Positions 63,549-64,000 of a stretch of DNA of 64,000 bases are shown here, in pieces (the stretch's first letter is position 1; every line of letters begins with the position of its first letter). The position numbers and the translations under genes are program-made. Origin of the DNA: a virus; the IMG/VR virus record IMGVR_UViG_3300009408_000001, positions 1 through 64,000 of that record. The stretch is one strand, 5' to 3'. Below the pieces are notes generated by a model. That model did no database searches. It was not told the DNA's origin and saw only the letters and a program-made list of their open reading frames with translations.

Positions 63549-64000
63549 TTATGCTCCTGTGTAGCTCTGTAAAGTCATTACACGGTGATTAACACCGTCT
63601 ACAATGTAAGTAATGTAAACCAACCCGAATTCTTCCAGTCGTTGGAACCCGGTTGGCAACTCTCCACCTCCGTTGTCTTTCTCGGCAATGCGAATGGCCT
63701 GTTCAATCGAAGCAATTGCGTTCCGAGTCTTGGAGGTAAGTAGACCGTTGTTTGATTCGTTCAACGGTATAATCGCGTAATCCGGGTATAGGTCTGAGAA
63801 GGACTTAGAGCTTCCAGGCCCATCGGGGAAAGCAACGAACCCAAGTGCTTTGAAATGGGTGGTTGCCCATCGTGCATTATCAAGTAGGTTAGCATCAACA
63901 CCAGACGGAAATCGCTTGGCCAATGCCGATGCCATACTGGATGGTGACATTACAGAGGAATAAGCATAGTGTGTAGCAACACTTGACGCGATCGCAATTG
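63549..64000 (-). CDS. 3' part of a larger phiKZ-like virion protein gene (runs off the right edge)
   Basis: Frame stays open from 63950 to the window end (IAIASSVATHYAYSSVMSP...). Confidence 0.6.
   Translation of the reverse strand, partial: IAIASSVATHYAYSSVMSPSSMASALAKRFPSGVDANLLDNARWATTHFKALGFVAFPDGPGSSKSFSDLYPDYAIIPLNESNNGLLTSKTRNAIASIEQAIRIAEKDNGGGELPTGFQRLEEFGLVYITYIVDGVNHRVMTLQSYTGA

Noticed and set aside
1-64000. tRNA or rRNA genes, integrase, transposase, reverse transcriptase, chimallin or PhuZ
   Set aside because: None recognised. Intergenic gaps are short and explained by terminators and promoters. A tRNAscan/Infernal run would be needed to exclude small RNAs formally.

Overview
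64 kb of a large lytic dsDNA phage genome that looks phiKZ-like (Chimalliviridae-type jumbo phage). The call rests on recognised motifs and gene order: a RuvC / two virion proteins / divergent portal block at 0.7-6.6 kb, a phiKZ-type baseplate spike, phiKZ gp131-type tail proteins, and TATTAC early promoters of the kind read by the phiKZ virion RNA polymerase. No chimallin, tubulin or RNAP gene lies in this window, so nucleus formation is an inference. Virion genes are mostly on the minus strand. Accessory genes are on the plus strand, many behind a repeated terminator + TATTAC promoter + hairpin + RBS module. Nucleotide and DNA metabolism genes include tmk, ligA, nrdB, thyA and a degenerate DHFR. 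The most interesting region is 60.5-62.9 kb, a tandem array of self-contained early expression cassettes. Three carry paralogous 91-aa proteins with a variable core, and the fourth carries a Csx16 (Cas_VVA1548) homologue, a candidate viral ring nuclease against type III CRISPR, with no cas genes or CRISPR array nearby. Other notable items: an alternating A-B-A-B-A-B-A gene array (20.3-23.1 kb), six XRE-type HTH genes, about 11 FG-GAP beta-propeller paralogues (three fused to Mtd-like N-termini), two frameshifted genes directly behind early promoters, an AbiEii-like nucleotidyltransferase, and a TATG motif attached to terminators. All family calls come from motif recognition by eye; no database searches were run.
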